Below are positions 1 through 11,175 of a stretch of DNA of 64,000 nucleotides, piece by piece; within the stretch, counting starts at the first letter, position 1, and each line of letters begins with the position of its first letter. Origin of the DNA: Cladosporium halotolerans (lineage: Eukaryota); contig NW_027191456.1 of NCBI RefSeq assembly GCF_011745625.1, positions 620,001-684,000 of the forward strand, written 5' to 3'. A program made the translations under genes and the position numbers. The notes under the pieces were generated by a model. That model saw only the letters and a list, made by a program, of their open reading frames with translations. It was not told where the DNA came from and ran no database searches.

Positions 1-1749
1 CTTCTTGTCCTCGGGGTCCCCGGCGTTGAGGAACGTGAGCATGTCCATCTCTTTGGTGCCAGCCTTGTACATGGTTTCGTTGTTGCATGCAATCTTTACA
101 GCGACGTCTTGGTTTGTCTTGATATCGGTGGCTCTGACCACTGTGGCGAAGGTACCTTTACCGATCTGTTGCTGCACAGCGTAGCGCCCGTCAAGAAGCT
201 CGCCAAGAATAATGCGGTAGTGGCCATCAGGATAGTCCCAGTTGTCCAGGAGGTTGGAGTCGAGAGCCCGGACTTCAGCGTGTCCAGGGCCTTTCGATGT
301 ACTATCAGCAGGAGCAAACATGTCGTCATCGTCGTCCTCTGCGAACATGTCGAATTCTTTGTCGGGCTTTGCTGAGGGTGCAGTCACTGCCTCTGGTTTC
401 GTGGTGTCGGCCTGCTTCTCTGTGGTGTTGACGAAAGGTTTGAGTTCAGGTCTGTCTTCTTGCATGTCCATCGTAGGATCGTAGTCGGCTGCAGATGGGC
501 CATCGTCATCATTAGCTGCGGCATCTGCTTGCTGCCTGTTTGCCAATTCTTCGTCATTGGCTACATTAATAGACGCTGGAGAGCCTGGGCTTGCTGGTGT
601 GCGTGGCGAGTCGAGGGAGTTTGGAGCTGGAAAACGAAAGTCAGTAATTGACTTTCACACAAAAGCCCGGCGTGCAAAGAGATACTCACAAGATGCATGT
701 TCAGATGTGACGCCGCTGCTTTCATGCTGCGGAGTGCTTGGTGCTGACATGATATTCTGCTCTAACGCTTGCACGAGCAGCGGCGGTTGCTGGCTTTTGT
801 ACTTTGCCTTGATTGCCTCCCGCTTCTTTCGACGCTGTTCGATCAGCTCGTCTTCAGTCATCTGAGGCGATGGTTCTGCATCGGCGGCCTGCGTCGAATC
901 TTCAATTTCGACCACGCTATGAATTTGTCAGTAGGCATTCGCGAAGATTTGTTGGAACTTGACGTACCTCGGAGGCGGGACCTTCCTGCTGGGGTTTTGA
1001 TTGCGGTTCTTCTCCCCGTTCTGGTTGTGAGCCGACTGGGACGAATTTGAATCAATGGATGAAGTCATGTGACTCGCCTGGTTTAGCTTGGCGTCTGCGT
1101 GAGACTGTTTGCGGGCTGCATCATCACGCCGATACGGCGATCTGCTGCGGCCGCGATGGTTCTCAGCGCGGCGACTGTTGCGAGTCGGGAGATCGTCGCC
1201 ATTGCGAGGAACTCGATCGTCATCCCTAGGGTAGCGATTCTGGCTCTCCTTGTCGTTGCGTCCTAGGCCACGGTGAAGGCTGTCCTTCTCTTTCTCATAG
1301 TGGACCTTGAAGCGCCTCGGATCGGAGTGGCTGGAGGGATGATAGTGGTTCGAAGAACGCGGCCGTTTGTCACCAGGGCGTGCGTCGTCGTCGTGAGATG
1401 GAGACCTCGAGCGAAGTCTGTCGTTGAGCCCACGACGTGAAGATACGGATGGCGACCGCGAAAAGGATCGAGAGCGGGAGCGAGATCTCGGACTCATGCG
1501 ACGTTTGTTGTGGGAGGCGCGGTAAGGCGATCTCGAGCGGGGCGCGGGCGACCGAGGAAGTGGTGCGCGATTCGATGACCGAGCCATGCTGGATGAAAAG
1601 CCGTCAAGACGCGAAGCGCGAGATGAAGCACCGCTGTGCAGTCTGGTCGAATTGTTAACCCTGCCGTCTCTTGTTTCGGATGTAGTTGGCTTAGATGCCT
1701 TCTCCCCGTCTCCGCGACTGCCACGGCCGCGGTTGTAATCGCCTTCCAT
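1..1749 (-). CDS. PRP4: Serine/threonine kinase Prp4 (CMGC group), 5' part; runs off the window start; at least 2 introns (approx. 967-918 and 689-628)
   Basis: RS-rich N-terminus (RSRSRSRS), then LIEQRRKKREAIKAKY. The minus-strand translation of approx. 300-1 gives LDNWDYPDGHYRIILGELLDGRYAVQQQIGKGTFATVVRA...VAVKIACNNETMYKAG, the characteristic start of the Prp4 kinase domain. ATG at 1749 (MEGDYN) is the first in-frame AUG. Confidence 0.9.
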
Positions 1750-4565
1750 GAAGGACACGCTTGGGCTTATCTTGCCGATCGATGCAATCACCAGCAAGTC
1801 CCTGCGCTCGAGGTTTTGTATTTGGTCAGCGAAAGTGCTCTGCTTTGGCCGTCTTTTATTCTGCTGGATCGCGGAGTGCGGTACCAGTGCGGGATAGTGT
1901 CCTCACAGGCTGCTGGTATTTGCCTCGCTCCGAATCGTAGGAGGCACAGTGAACCGGGCGAATGCACCTGCTGTCTGTTGCGCGTAACACGTGGTAAGTC
2001 GCGGGTGTTGCGACGTGTTGTAGTGAAGGGCAGTCGCTAGGTGGTGATGATGTCGTTGCGCTCAGCTTTGCGAGTGGAAAGCCGCAGGCAGATCGCGGGA
2101 TCAGCCGCTCGCTGCATGTCTTATCTCTTGCGGATCTGCCTCAGTACCTAGGTAGCAGTGTCTGATGTAAAGAAGACACAGCCTTCAGACCGGTCATGCA
2201 ATGAAGGGGAATACTGTGTGGTCGTCTTTTGTTGAGGACAAATTTCCTCAACCAAGGCAACAACATATGCACTCGCAGTTCCACAGGTCCAAGTCAACGA
2301 TGCCCGTCGGATTCAGCTGTTTCTTGAAAATATGCAAGCCGGTCGTTGCGACACTCACCCGACACAGCCGAGAGGTTGAATTTTCTATAATAAATGGAAT
2401 ATGACTAAACACCCCAATCATCAGGATGTACGCGCTTTTCTCACATACAGATCGCCCTACCGTCAGGCAATTCCATGGTCCACGTACAGATGGGGCTATC
2501 AGGGTTAGGGTTGGGGTACCGGATATCCCACCGACCAACGCGTGCTAGTATAGTACGACACAGTGAGTCTGGGCGAGATGTGCTCACGCGTATGAAACTG
2601 GCTTCGGTGAACCTTAGAAAAAGGACCAATCAGACTGTGCACATGCATCGATGTTCGGCACGAACAAATGACAGACAGGCATTCGTACCCAGACGACACA
2701 CGGAGGACGTAAGCGAAAGTACATTACTCAAATTACGACTCGTAAAGGGGCACCTAATCGCAGTAGTGTCGGCAAAGGAATGAGGAATCAAATAAACGAG
2801 ATTGGCTCACCGGCGAGGATACCTGATGTAGCAGCATTGGACGATTTAGCAGTGTTCTCGGAAGGCAACTGCAGCCGGGGGCCCTTCGATAGATACGAAG
2901 CACGAACATAGCTATTTGCATAATGCACACACAGCGAAGACAACTGTGCACGGGATTGAGCACGTCCTCTCACACATCGAGCACCCGGAACAGCCGATGC
3001 TAGTCAACTTGGGCTAATTCGGAGGTTGCGTCCGGCAGTAGCGCGCGGTGCAGTGATAGAGTAACGTCGTCGAGTTGGGACCAGTTTGATCCAGCCTCTG
3101 CTAACCGCCTAAGGGCCTGTGCGTGCCGCTCAATGGTGATAGCGTTCGAAACGGCCAAAAAGCAAACCGCCATAGAACCGACCGATGACCACAGCGAAGG
3201 GACCACGCAAGAGGCGTTCTTCCATGCCAGGTACAAGGCCTGCTCATGACCAGAGCTTGTCGGCAGTGGCGTATTGTCGTCCTCCTGGTGAAACATGAAG
3301 AACATCGCGAAGAGGAAAGAACCACCGGGTTTACCCAATCATGCAGAGAGTCATGTCAACAAGGTGGCCCACGATTGTTAGCGGGTTGCTCCATGTAATC
3401 AACATAATTTGCCCTTCTCCCCATCGTGAGCCGCACTGCGATGTTCAACATTATGGCATCATCACAATCATATAGGGCATGTCGCCGAGAAGACAATCTC
3501 AACGATAGCTACAATTCGTAAGCGGCACCAAGAGCATCAACCTAAAGCCAAAATCGTACAAGGCGTACTGCGGCTGAGTGACCCGGTTGCCGCCTCAGCA
3601 CATCGCATGCATATCTGTAAGCATGGCAAAGACACCGCGAGACTGCCGGGATTCTTCGGAGGGACCTCTATACCTACCGTGCCAACAGACTGGTAGTCTA
3701 GCATAGCACCGGCAAAGGAGTAGCGTGTGAACAGTGCCGCATTTCACGCCGTCGATCCGGTGCGGTCCGTCGCGCTGCAGATCGCTCGAGACGTGCAGAA
3801 ACCGGCACGGCGCCGTCAACTTCGACTCCACCTCACCTTTCTCCTTTCTTGCATCGCACATTGTTGTGCTCCAAATCATTGACCATATCCACCTCTGGAA
3901 ACGGCTTTGTGCAGATCATCATCAGGTCTCTTCTCGAGGATCTTCCGCGCATGGCTTTCGTCAAGTCGCACGGTACCAGACCTCGCGAATCTCAACGCTC
4001 CACCTCTGCAGCCAACTGCCTCGCTTGGAAGCTTCGCGCTCAGGCACTGTGACGAGTATCCGCTAAGGCTGTCGACTACACCGGTGCTTCGAACTTCGAT
4101 AGTAACAACGGTTGGCCCGAGAGCTGCACCTCCCGTCCACAGTCGATTCATGTGCCTTCCAAATGGAGATTATCATCACACCCGATCGACTCCAAGCCTA
4201 GGAATAACGCAGATTTATGTCGACGCAAAGCCGCAAATTGGCGTCGTGACGGGCGATGGCCGTCCATGCGTAGTTCAGCCTTCCGAACGTGGCCGCAAGG
4301 TCCCTTGATGGAGTACCACCGGGTTGGAAATAATGGAGCCCTCTCCGTAGAGATCGATCTCTCGTTATAAGCTGAAAAATCCCCTCATAGGTTTGAATGT
4401 TTTCTTTCTTTCTGTAGGCCATTTCAAGACCCTCGTCATTCGTTCTTTCGATTAATTCACGCTAATACTACGCTCGCTATTGCAATTTGCAACGATTACC
4501 CTCATTTCAAGCACGATCATTACTCTTATCGATACGATAACTTCTAAAATCTAATACCCAACACA

Positions 4566-6599
4566 ATGGTCAACTACGCCTATACTCTCGCGGCCCTTGC
4601 GGCAGTCGCATCTGCCGCTCCCACCAACATCGAGCGCCGCACTTTCCTCTTCGGCGGCAATGGCCAGGGTCAGGCTCACGGCAGTGCCTCTGGCTCAGGC
4701 TCAGCTCACGGTGGCCTCATCGGTGGCCTCATGGGAGGCCTCCAGGGCAAGGGTATGGCCGAGGGTGGCGCTTCTGGATCTGCTCAGGGCGCAGCTCACG
4801 GCCAGGGAAGCGGCAGCTTCTCTGGCTCGGGGTCTGGCAGCGGATCCGTTCGTGGTGGTGCTTTTGGCTCTTTCAACGGCGCTGCCCACGGTCAGGGTAA
4901 CGGACGCTTCTCTGGCCAGGGTGCTGGCTCTGCCCACGGTGGCGCTTTCGGCTCGGCAGACGGCGATGTTCGTGGCCACGAGGGCTTCTCTGGCCACGGA
5001 TCTGGCGTCGCGAAGGGTGCTGTTGGCGGCGGTCTCGTCGGCGGCCTCATGGGCTCTCTGACTGGCCACGCTGCCGCACAGGGCTCGGGCGCTGCTTCTG
5101 GAGCGGCTTCTGGAGGCGTCACTGGCTCTGCCTCTGGTGAATTTGACGCTTCTGGAGAGCTCGCAGCTGGCGTCCTCGGTGGCGTTCAGTCCAAGCTGCC
5201 CCAGATCTGCGAGGGCGTCAAGGGCCGCCTCCAGGGCGGTGCCGACTTCAAGATCGCCCTCAAGGCCGAGATCGAGTTCCAGACTGGTCTCAAGCTCTCG
5301 GATGACGACTGCGACCAGGTCATGAAGGGTGTGAGCTCCATTGGTGCCTCTCTCATGATCGACGGCAGCATTTCTGGATCGGCCGGCATCACTGGCGCGA
5401 TTTACGGCGGTGCTTCTGCCGAGCTCTCTGCCGGTATCGACGCTCTTGTTGCTGCTTCTGGCAGCATCTCGGGCTCTGTTAGCGGCGACGCTGGCTTTGG
5501 TCTTTCCGCTCTCGTCGGTGGCCTCGTGAACGCCGGTGTCTCTGGTGCTGCCAAGGGCCAGGTCTCGCTCGTCGGCGAGGCTGCTGGTCAACTGACTGGC
5601 GCTCTCTCCGGCGGTGCGTCTGGATCTCTGTCAGGCCAGGCTGGCATTGGTGCTCTTCTCTGCGGTCTGAAGGACCTTGGCGGCAACTTCCATGGCCAGG
5701 CTGCCGGCGAGATCAGCGCTCTTTTCCACGGCGAGGCTGGTGGCTCCGTCTCTGGCGCCGGCGGTATTTCTGGTGGCATTGGTGGTGGTATCGAGGGCCT
5801 GATCAGCGGCCTCGGCCTGACTGGGTCCCACGACGGTGGTCTTGAGGCTGCCGGCGGTTTCCTCGGCAGCGTTCTTGGTGGCCTGCACCTTGGCGGTGAG
5901 GGCGAGGGCTCTGCCAGCGGATCTGCTCAGGGCTCTCTTGACCTGGAGGGCAAGGGCATGGGCAGTGCTTCTGGCAACTACGGCGGTGATGCCAGCAGCC
6001 ACGACAGCAAACCCACCTCTAGCTACGACAACATGCCCGCTGACAGCTACAACACTCAGCCTGCCGCTAGCTACAACACCCAGCCTGCCAGCTACGACAA
6101 CAAGCCTACCGCTAGCTACAACAGCATGCCTGCCGATAGCTACAACACCCAGCCCGCAAGCTACGACACCCAGCCTGCCGACAGCTACAATAACCAGCCT
6201 GCCAGCTACGACAACAAGCCTACTGCCAGCTACAACAGCATGCCCGCCGACAGCTACAACTCTCAGCCTGCCAACAGCTACAGCACCCAGCCTGCTAGCT
6301 ACGACAACATGCCTGCCAGCTACAACAGCCAGCCCGCCCAGGACTCTTACTCCGGCGCCGCCCCCGCCCCTAAGGAGAACGGCTGCAAGGTCGAGCCTGA
6401 GGAGACTCCCGCCGCTCAGTACTCCGCTCCTCCCGCCTACTCTAGCCCCGCCCCGGCCGCCTATGAGTCTGCTCCCCCGGCCTACTCTGCTCCTGCTGCC
6501 TACTCCGCGCCCGCTGCCTACTCCACCGGCAGCCCCGCCCCGGCTTCCTACCAGTCGACTCCCCCGACCTACAACGCTCCCCCTAGCTACCGCTCTTAA
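4566..6599 (+). CDS. Secreted Gly/Ser/Ala-rich repetitive protein (677 aa), probably a structural cell-wall or matrix protein
   Basis: Intronless ORF with strong codon bias, ACAATGG start context, signal peptide (MVNYAYTLAALAAVASA), Kex2-like ERR site, long Gly-rich region, SY(D/N)xxPA repeats and YSAP repeats at the C-terminus. Confidence 0.85.
   Translation: MVNYAYTLAALAAVASAAPTNIERRTFLFGGNGQGQAHGSASGSGSAHGGLIGGLMGGLQGKGMAEGGASGSAQGAAHGQGSGSFSGSGSGSGSVRGGAFGSFNGAAHGQGNGRFSGQGAGSAHGGAFGSADGDVRGHEGFSGHGSGVAKGAVGGGLVGGLMGSLTGHAAAQGSGAASGAASGGVTGSASGEFDASGELAAGVLGGVQSKLPQICEGVKGRLQGGADFKIALKAEIEFQTGLKLSDDDCDQVMKGVSSIGASLMIDGSISGSAGITGAIYGGASAELSAGIDALVAASGSISGSVSGDAGFGLSALVGGLVNAGVSGAAKGQVSLVGEAAGQLTGALSGGASGSLSGQAGIGALLCGLKDLGGNFHGQAAGEISALFHGEAGGSVSGAGGISGGIGGGIEGLISGLGLTGSHDGGLEAAGGFLGSVLGGLHLGGEGEGSASGSAQGSLDLEGKGMGSASGNYGGDASSHDSKPTSSYDNMPADSYNTQPAASYNTQPASYDNKPTASYNSMPADSYNTQPASYDTQPADSYNNQPASYDNKPTASYNSMPADSYNSQPANSYSTQPASYDNMPASYNSQPAQDSYSGAAPAPKENGCKVEPEETPAAQYSAPPAYSSPAPAAYESAPPAYSAPAAYSAPAAYSTGSPAPASYQSTPPTYNAPPSYRS
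6020..6335 (+). repeat. Coding tandem repeat of 21/24-nt units (agctacaac/agctacgac core) with a 114-nt higher-order duplication
   Basis: About 14 SY(N/D/S)xxPA(x) units; cagcctgccagctacgacaacaagcctac occurs at 6081 and at 6195. Confidence 0.85.
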
Positions 6600-7443
6600 G
6601 CAACATTTCCAATTTTGAGATGCTAGCAAGCATCACGCCTGAGGTCGATTAACAGGAGTCTTCACAGATTTGCGAGCGACGAGCCGCAACGCAAACTTCC
6701 ATTTGGATTCTGTATTGGAGGCGTCAACTATTTGAGCCACTTGGCCCGCTGTCAATTGCAGCATTCTAGATACCATGTTTCGTATGAACTAAATTCTCGC
6801 TGTTATGAACAAACCATTTGCTCTTGATAGGTTTCCAGCACAGTAGATCTGCACGCTCGCTGAAGTAAAATGAAGTCGTATAGGCATCGACGAAGATTTG
6901 ACTTTGCGTCTAGATCAAGAATTGCTGATAGTTACAGGGATGTGCAAGAGCACTTTCGCGTTCCCAGCTTGTGCCCTTTATGCTGTTGGTCAGTCTTTGA
7001 GGGTCGTCGTCAAAATTCGAATTTATGACACCTCTTCGCAACGATGGCGGATGGACGCGGCGTCGTGCTACAGAAGTTCCCACGCAACTGCGGATTACCG
7101 CGAAGAGTCATTCGATGTGTGTAAGCCCCCATTGAGTCCTCCTTTCACCCGGTATCCGAACATCCTGTGAGACCGTTGGAAAAGGTAAATTACTACACCG
7201 CTCAGACCACGCTCGAGCGCAAGCATTGACGTATTCGCACCCACCACTTCCTTTGTTACGTTCCAGGAAACAAACACAAAGCAGAAGACTTGTAGAACAC
7301 CATTGTATACTTTGGTAAAATTAAAAAAGCGCGACGAAGCATTGCCCAAGTATCCTGAAAAGCTAACACCATATCGATACATCAACTGGATGTTATCGCA
7401 AGCGTTTTCGACCCTGACTCGCGGCGACTCCAGACTCAATACA

Positions 7444-7978
7444 ATGCATTTTCCGGTAGGATAGAATCAACAATTTCACATCGAACAAATACTGACGATC
7501 TCAGTCTCGGCGCGCCATCGCAGCGGTATGCGCAATCCTCGCGACCTCGACCGCCAATCCAACCGAATCCCTTGACACCAGAGCCGTCACGCCAGCCGAA
7601 GTCTGCACCGACGGCGTACTCGTGAACCTCATCGCGTATGAATTCCCCTTCTGCCTGGCGGGCAAAGGCCTACTCGAGAACCTCTTTCTCAGCCGACCCA
7701 CCGACACAAAGCTCGCCGTCAAGAACACATCCGGATCCAGCACCTACGAAAGCGAATGCGTCGAAGTGAAAGCTACAAAGGGCGTGGTGCATTCATACTT
7801 CTATACGGCTGACGGCGGCGATACGGGATCTTGTGAGTTGGTGGCGTTCGATAAGAAGGGATGCGAGGGAAAGGAGACGGCGCATCCGTTGAGCACGGGG
7901 TTTTCGAGGTGTTTTACTAAAGCGAGCAAGTTTGTGCTGCCTATTGTTTCGTCGGCGAAAATTCAGTGTAGCAGTTAA
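7444..7978 (+). CDS. Small secreted cysteine-rich protein (about 161 aa), effector-like; intron 7456-7504
   Basis: ATG CAT TTT CCG, then intron GTAGGA...ACTGAC...TCAG, splices in frame to SRRAIAAVCAILATSTANP...LDTRAV (signal peptide and pro-region) and continues into ORF 7622-7978. The predicted mature part has 7 Cys. Confidence 0.75.
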
Positions 7979-8341
7979 TGAGTGTTCTTGGTTGTATTAT
8001 TTGTTGTCGAGTATTATTATGAAGGTTAACGTGGTTCTATGAGGTGATGGATGCGGAAATTGTGTTTGGCTTGCTGATATTATGATTGATTTCGCACCTT
8101 AGCTTGACAGGATACGCTATGAGATTAAAAGTTGGTTGTAAAGCGACGATTCGCCTCAAGAGCTCCAGTATACCATTGGCGAATATACACGTGCTCGTCT
8201 GTCTTCGGGTGACAAAAGAAAAGAAGTCCCGTCCTTCCAAGAATGATAATTCCTCCCAATAAACAAGAAAACCCCCCAAACACCATGCTCAAAAACCTTC
8301 GAAGAATAGAAACGCACAAAGCAAAGCACAAAGCCCATAGC

Positions 8342-10006
8342 CTACACTCTATCATCCTCAAAATCACTCTCCCAGCCAACCCACCCGGTCAACCTGTTCG
8401 CGATATCGCTGGCAAAGGATGCCATGCAGCAGCCTTTGCCCAGGTCGCCGGAGGGGTCGACGCCGCCGCCGTTGTACCAACGTGCGGCGCGGTAGAAGCG
8501 GTTGACACCGTCCGAGCCCGGCTTCTCGAGCAGCTGCGCGAGGCCTTCGCGGGAGTCGGTGCCGTTCGTACCTTCGAGGATCATGTGGTGGATGGTGGAG
8601 GGCGGGCAGGGGTTCAGTGTGCCGGCTGTGGCATCGCTTTCGTCGCTGAGAGAGGCGAGCATGGCGGAATTCTGGTTGCAAGTGTCGGCGCCGTTGGGGC
8701 TAAAGAGGAGTCAGTGGTGCTTCGCGTGATATGTGAGTCTCATTTCGTAGCGTACCTTTGCATCAGGCCCGAGGCCAAGTAGTTGGAGGATGTTGAGATG
8801 GCACGGACGCAGCCGGATGAAGTCTGCATCATTGTCGCGAGGATGAAGCGGCTGTCCACGCCGGTCGAGTTGGCGACGTCCAGAATGGACTCTTGAATCG
8901 AAGAGACCTCCTCGGGGCTGTTCAGGGTGACATTCCAGGCATCGCAAGAGTTGTCGATCTGTTCCTTGTTGGCCTTGAAGCTATAAATGTGTTAGTCGTA
9001 GTCCCTAAATGCGCAAATAAGGCTTCTCTTACAGGTTGTCGAAAGACAGCCACTGGTCCTCGGATGGCCATCCTTCAGCAACAGTACCGTTGCCTAAGTA
9101 GCTCTTGTATGTGTTCTCCGCGTTCAAGGTCGCAGCGGGTGCGGGCCGAGTGGTGGCAAACGGAGTGCCTTTCAAAGTCCTGGGAGCGGTTAGTGTAGAG
9201 CTGGCGTTAGCCAGCTGCGTGCTAGTAGTCAAAACGGTCGTGGTCTGGGTATCGTGCACAGTAACAGTAGACACCGATGCGCCAGTTGCGTTGGCAAAGG
9301 GGTGGTTTGTTACGGTGCCTACAGTGCCGACTGAGCCCGTACCGGTACCGACCGCGTTGTTGAGAGCAAAAGTTTCGACCTGCACATCTGTATGGGTGAT
9401 GACTTTGGTCCTTTCCTGCTTTGAGGTTCCCGTTCCGATAGTATAAGTCAAGGTTGTCATAGCAGAGAAAGTGATTGTGGTTTCCGTGGTCGTTGGCTCA
9501 GATGCGTCTCTTGGGGCGGGAGTGACGGCAGGTCCTGCAGCGGGATTGCCAAAGTCATCCAGAGTGACTGTTGCATCGGCGTAGACAACACTGGTGATGA
9601 CAAAATCCCCGTCATCCCCATCGCCCTCCTTTGAAGCGCAGTAGCCTTGACCAGAAAGCATGGTCTCACAAAAGTCAGAGTCTGCGGCGTAGTCTGCCTC
9701 GAACGATGACAAGTAGATGCCATAATCCGAAGCGAGCTCACCGCAAGTCTCGTCGGGCATGGGGACATAGGTCTCGAAGCATCCGGGTGCAGATTCAGTT
9801 GATGTCGGAGATTCCATATCCGTAGCGACCATGTCCTCCAAAGTCGTGTTTGTGAATGTGTTCGACGTGCGCTGAGAGTGGGAGAACGGCTTGGCGAGCG
9901 CGAGAGGAGCAAATAGAGCCATAACGGCAACCTGGAGCGAGTCAGAACGAGGCCGAGTTTGCCTGGAGGCGTGTGTACTTACGTTCATTGGTGTCATCTT
10001 AGCCAT
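8342..10006 (-). CDS. Secreted LysM-domain + Thr-rich linker + lysozyme-like (SLT/GH23-type) protein; introns 9982-9932, 9032-8981, 8755-8700
   Basis: Spliced model MAKMTPMN|VAVMALFAPLALAKP (signal peptide); Cys-bounded fungal LysM-like unit (CFETYVPMPDETCGELASDYGI...C...GQGYC, approx. 9781-9638); C-terminal GWPSEDQWLSFD...GVDSRFILATMMQTSSGCVR...GLMQ...AARWYNGG...FASDIANRLTGW, typical of fungal muramidase-like domains. Confidence 0.75.
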
Positions 10007-11175
10007 AGGTGAATCTGATGACAGAACGAACCGCAATTGGCAATGTATGCCTTATCAACCGCGATACTGCCTCGCTGGTTCCTGTTGCAATGAATGAAAT
10101 ATACTTAGCTCTTTTCCTGAGATTCCTCCTATTATCACCGTTCTCGTTGTATCCTCCTCTCTATGCTTCCAATTCCTTATTCTGTTTTTCTTTTACGATT
10201 GGACGTCGATAAATTCAAATGACAAGGTTGCTTGCGTCCCTTGCAGGCGTTGCTGCTAACGATCGGGGCTGAGAGTATCTGTAGGGTTAGAAATTCGATG
10301 TAAGAAGAGCGACTGTCGGTATCACGTTGACGAAACGAAGAAAACTCAAGCACATGCAAGACTGCAGACGCATATCTATGTGCGGGCTTGGCCACTGCGG
10401 TACAGCCGCACGACGCCCGAACACCGAGATCGCCATGGGAATGTTTACAAGTGCAAGCTTGGTTGACCGGAGGACAGCATTGCGCTATGATCGGATTATG
10501 GAGTTAGATCCATCGGTGGCGTTGGGTGTGGCCAATATTGTCTGAGATGGTGGGAGACGTTGTAAAGCTAGCTTCGGTTCTGGACGTTGGAGCTTACTCT
10601 TTTGGGGGTCTGCAACGACCACAAGTATGCAAAGCCGTTATCGCAAAAGGCCCGGCCATCCGTCCAGCCAATCAAATGCTCGCTATCCAAACACTGTCGC
10701 AGGCGTTGCTATGCGCTTACATCTAGATGGCCGATTGGTTTCTCGGGAGTCGCTCGCCGAAACGGCCTCCGATTTCTTCTGCGTACGGGAAGGAATCGTC
10801 ATGACGTGCAGATTGGAACGTGATGTGTTCTCCAGCATTGCATAATCAAAAAGTCTTGAGTCATCTCGTAAGAGTTTACTGTAGCCCAGTAAGCTCCTGG
10901 CAGTTGAAGGCCAAGAATGCTTCGAGATGAGTGTCCTCGCCCGTGAGAGACGTTCGCAACCGCAAGAGCAATGCACTTGCCAAGGGTCGGTCCTGGAAGG
11001 GTCATGTGGACGCCATAAAGCGGTACTTGAGAAACAAGTCGGTTTCGGTCACAACAGTGAGACCACAGCTCTGTACAGCAATAAATACATATAAGTCGAT
11101 CGCCGATGGCCTACATAGCATCAGTATATCGTCAATGGCCTAGGCTCGCCAGCTCAGCATTCATGCCAAGTGGTT

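Noticed and set aside
2500..2516. AGGGTTAGGGTTGGGG telomere-like sequence
   Set aside because: Fewer than three units in an internal position; compatible with chance or a single transcription-factor site.
6020..6335. Regularly spaced repeats as a CRISPR-like array
   Set aside because: In-frame coding repeats in a eukaryotic gene, with no unique spacers and no cas genes.
4701..6629. Long antisense and alternate-frame ORFs over the Gly-rich gene (also over RPL7, ILV2, the hydrolase, SAM50 and NST1)
   Set aside because: Shadow ORFs caused by high GC3 and codon bias of the real genes; no recognisable protein features.
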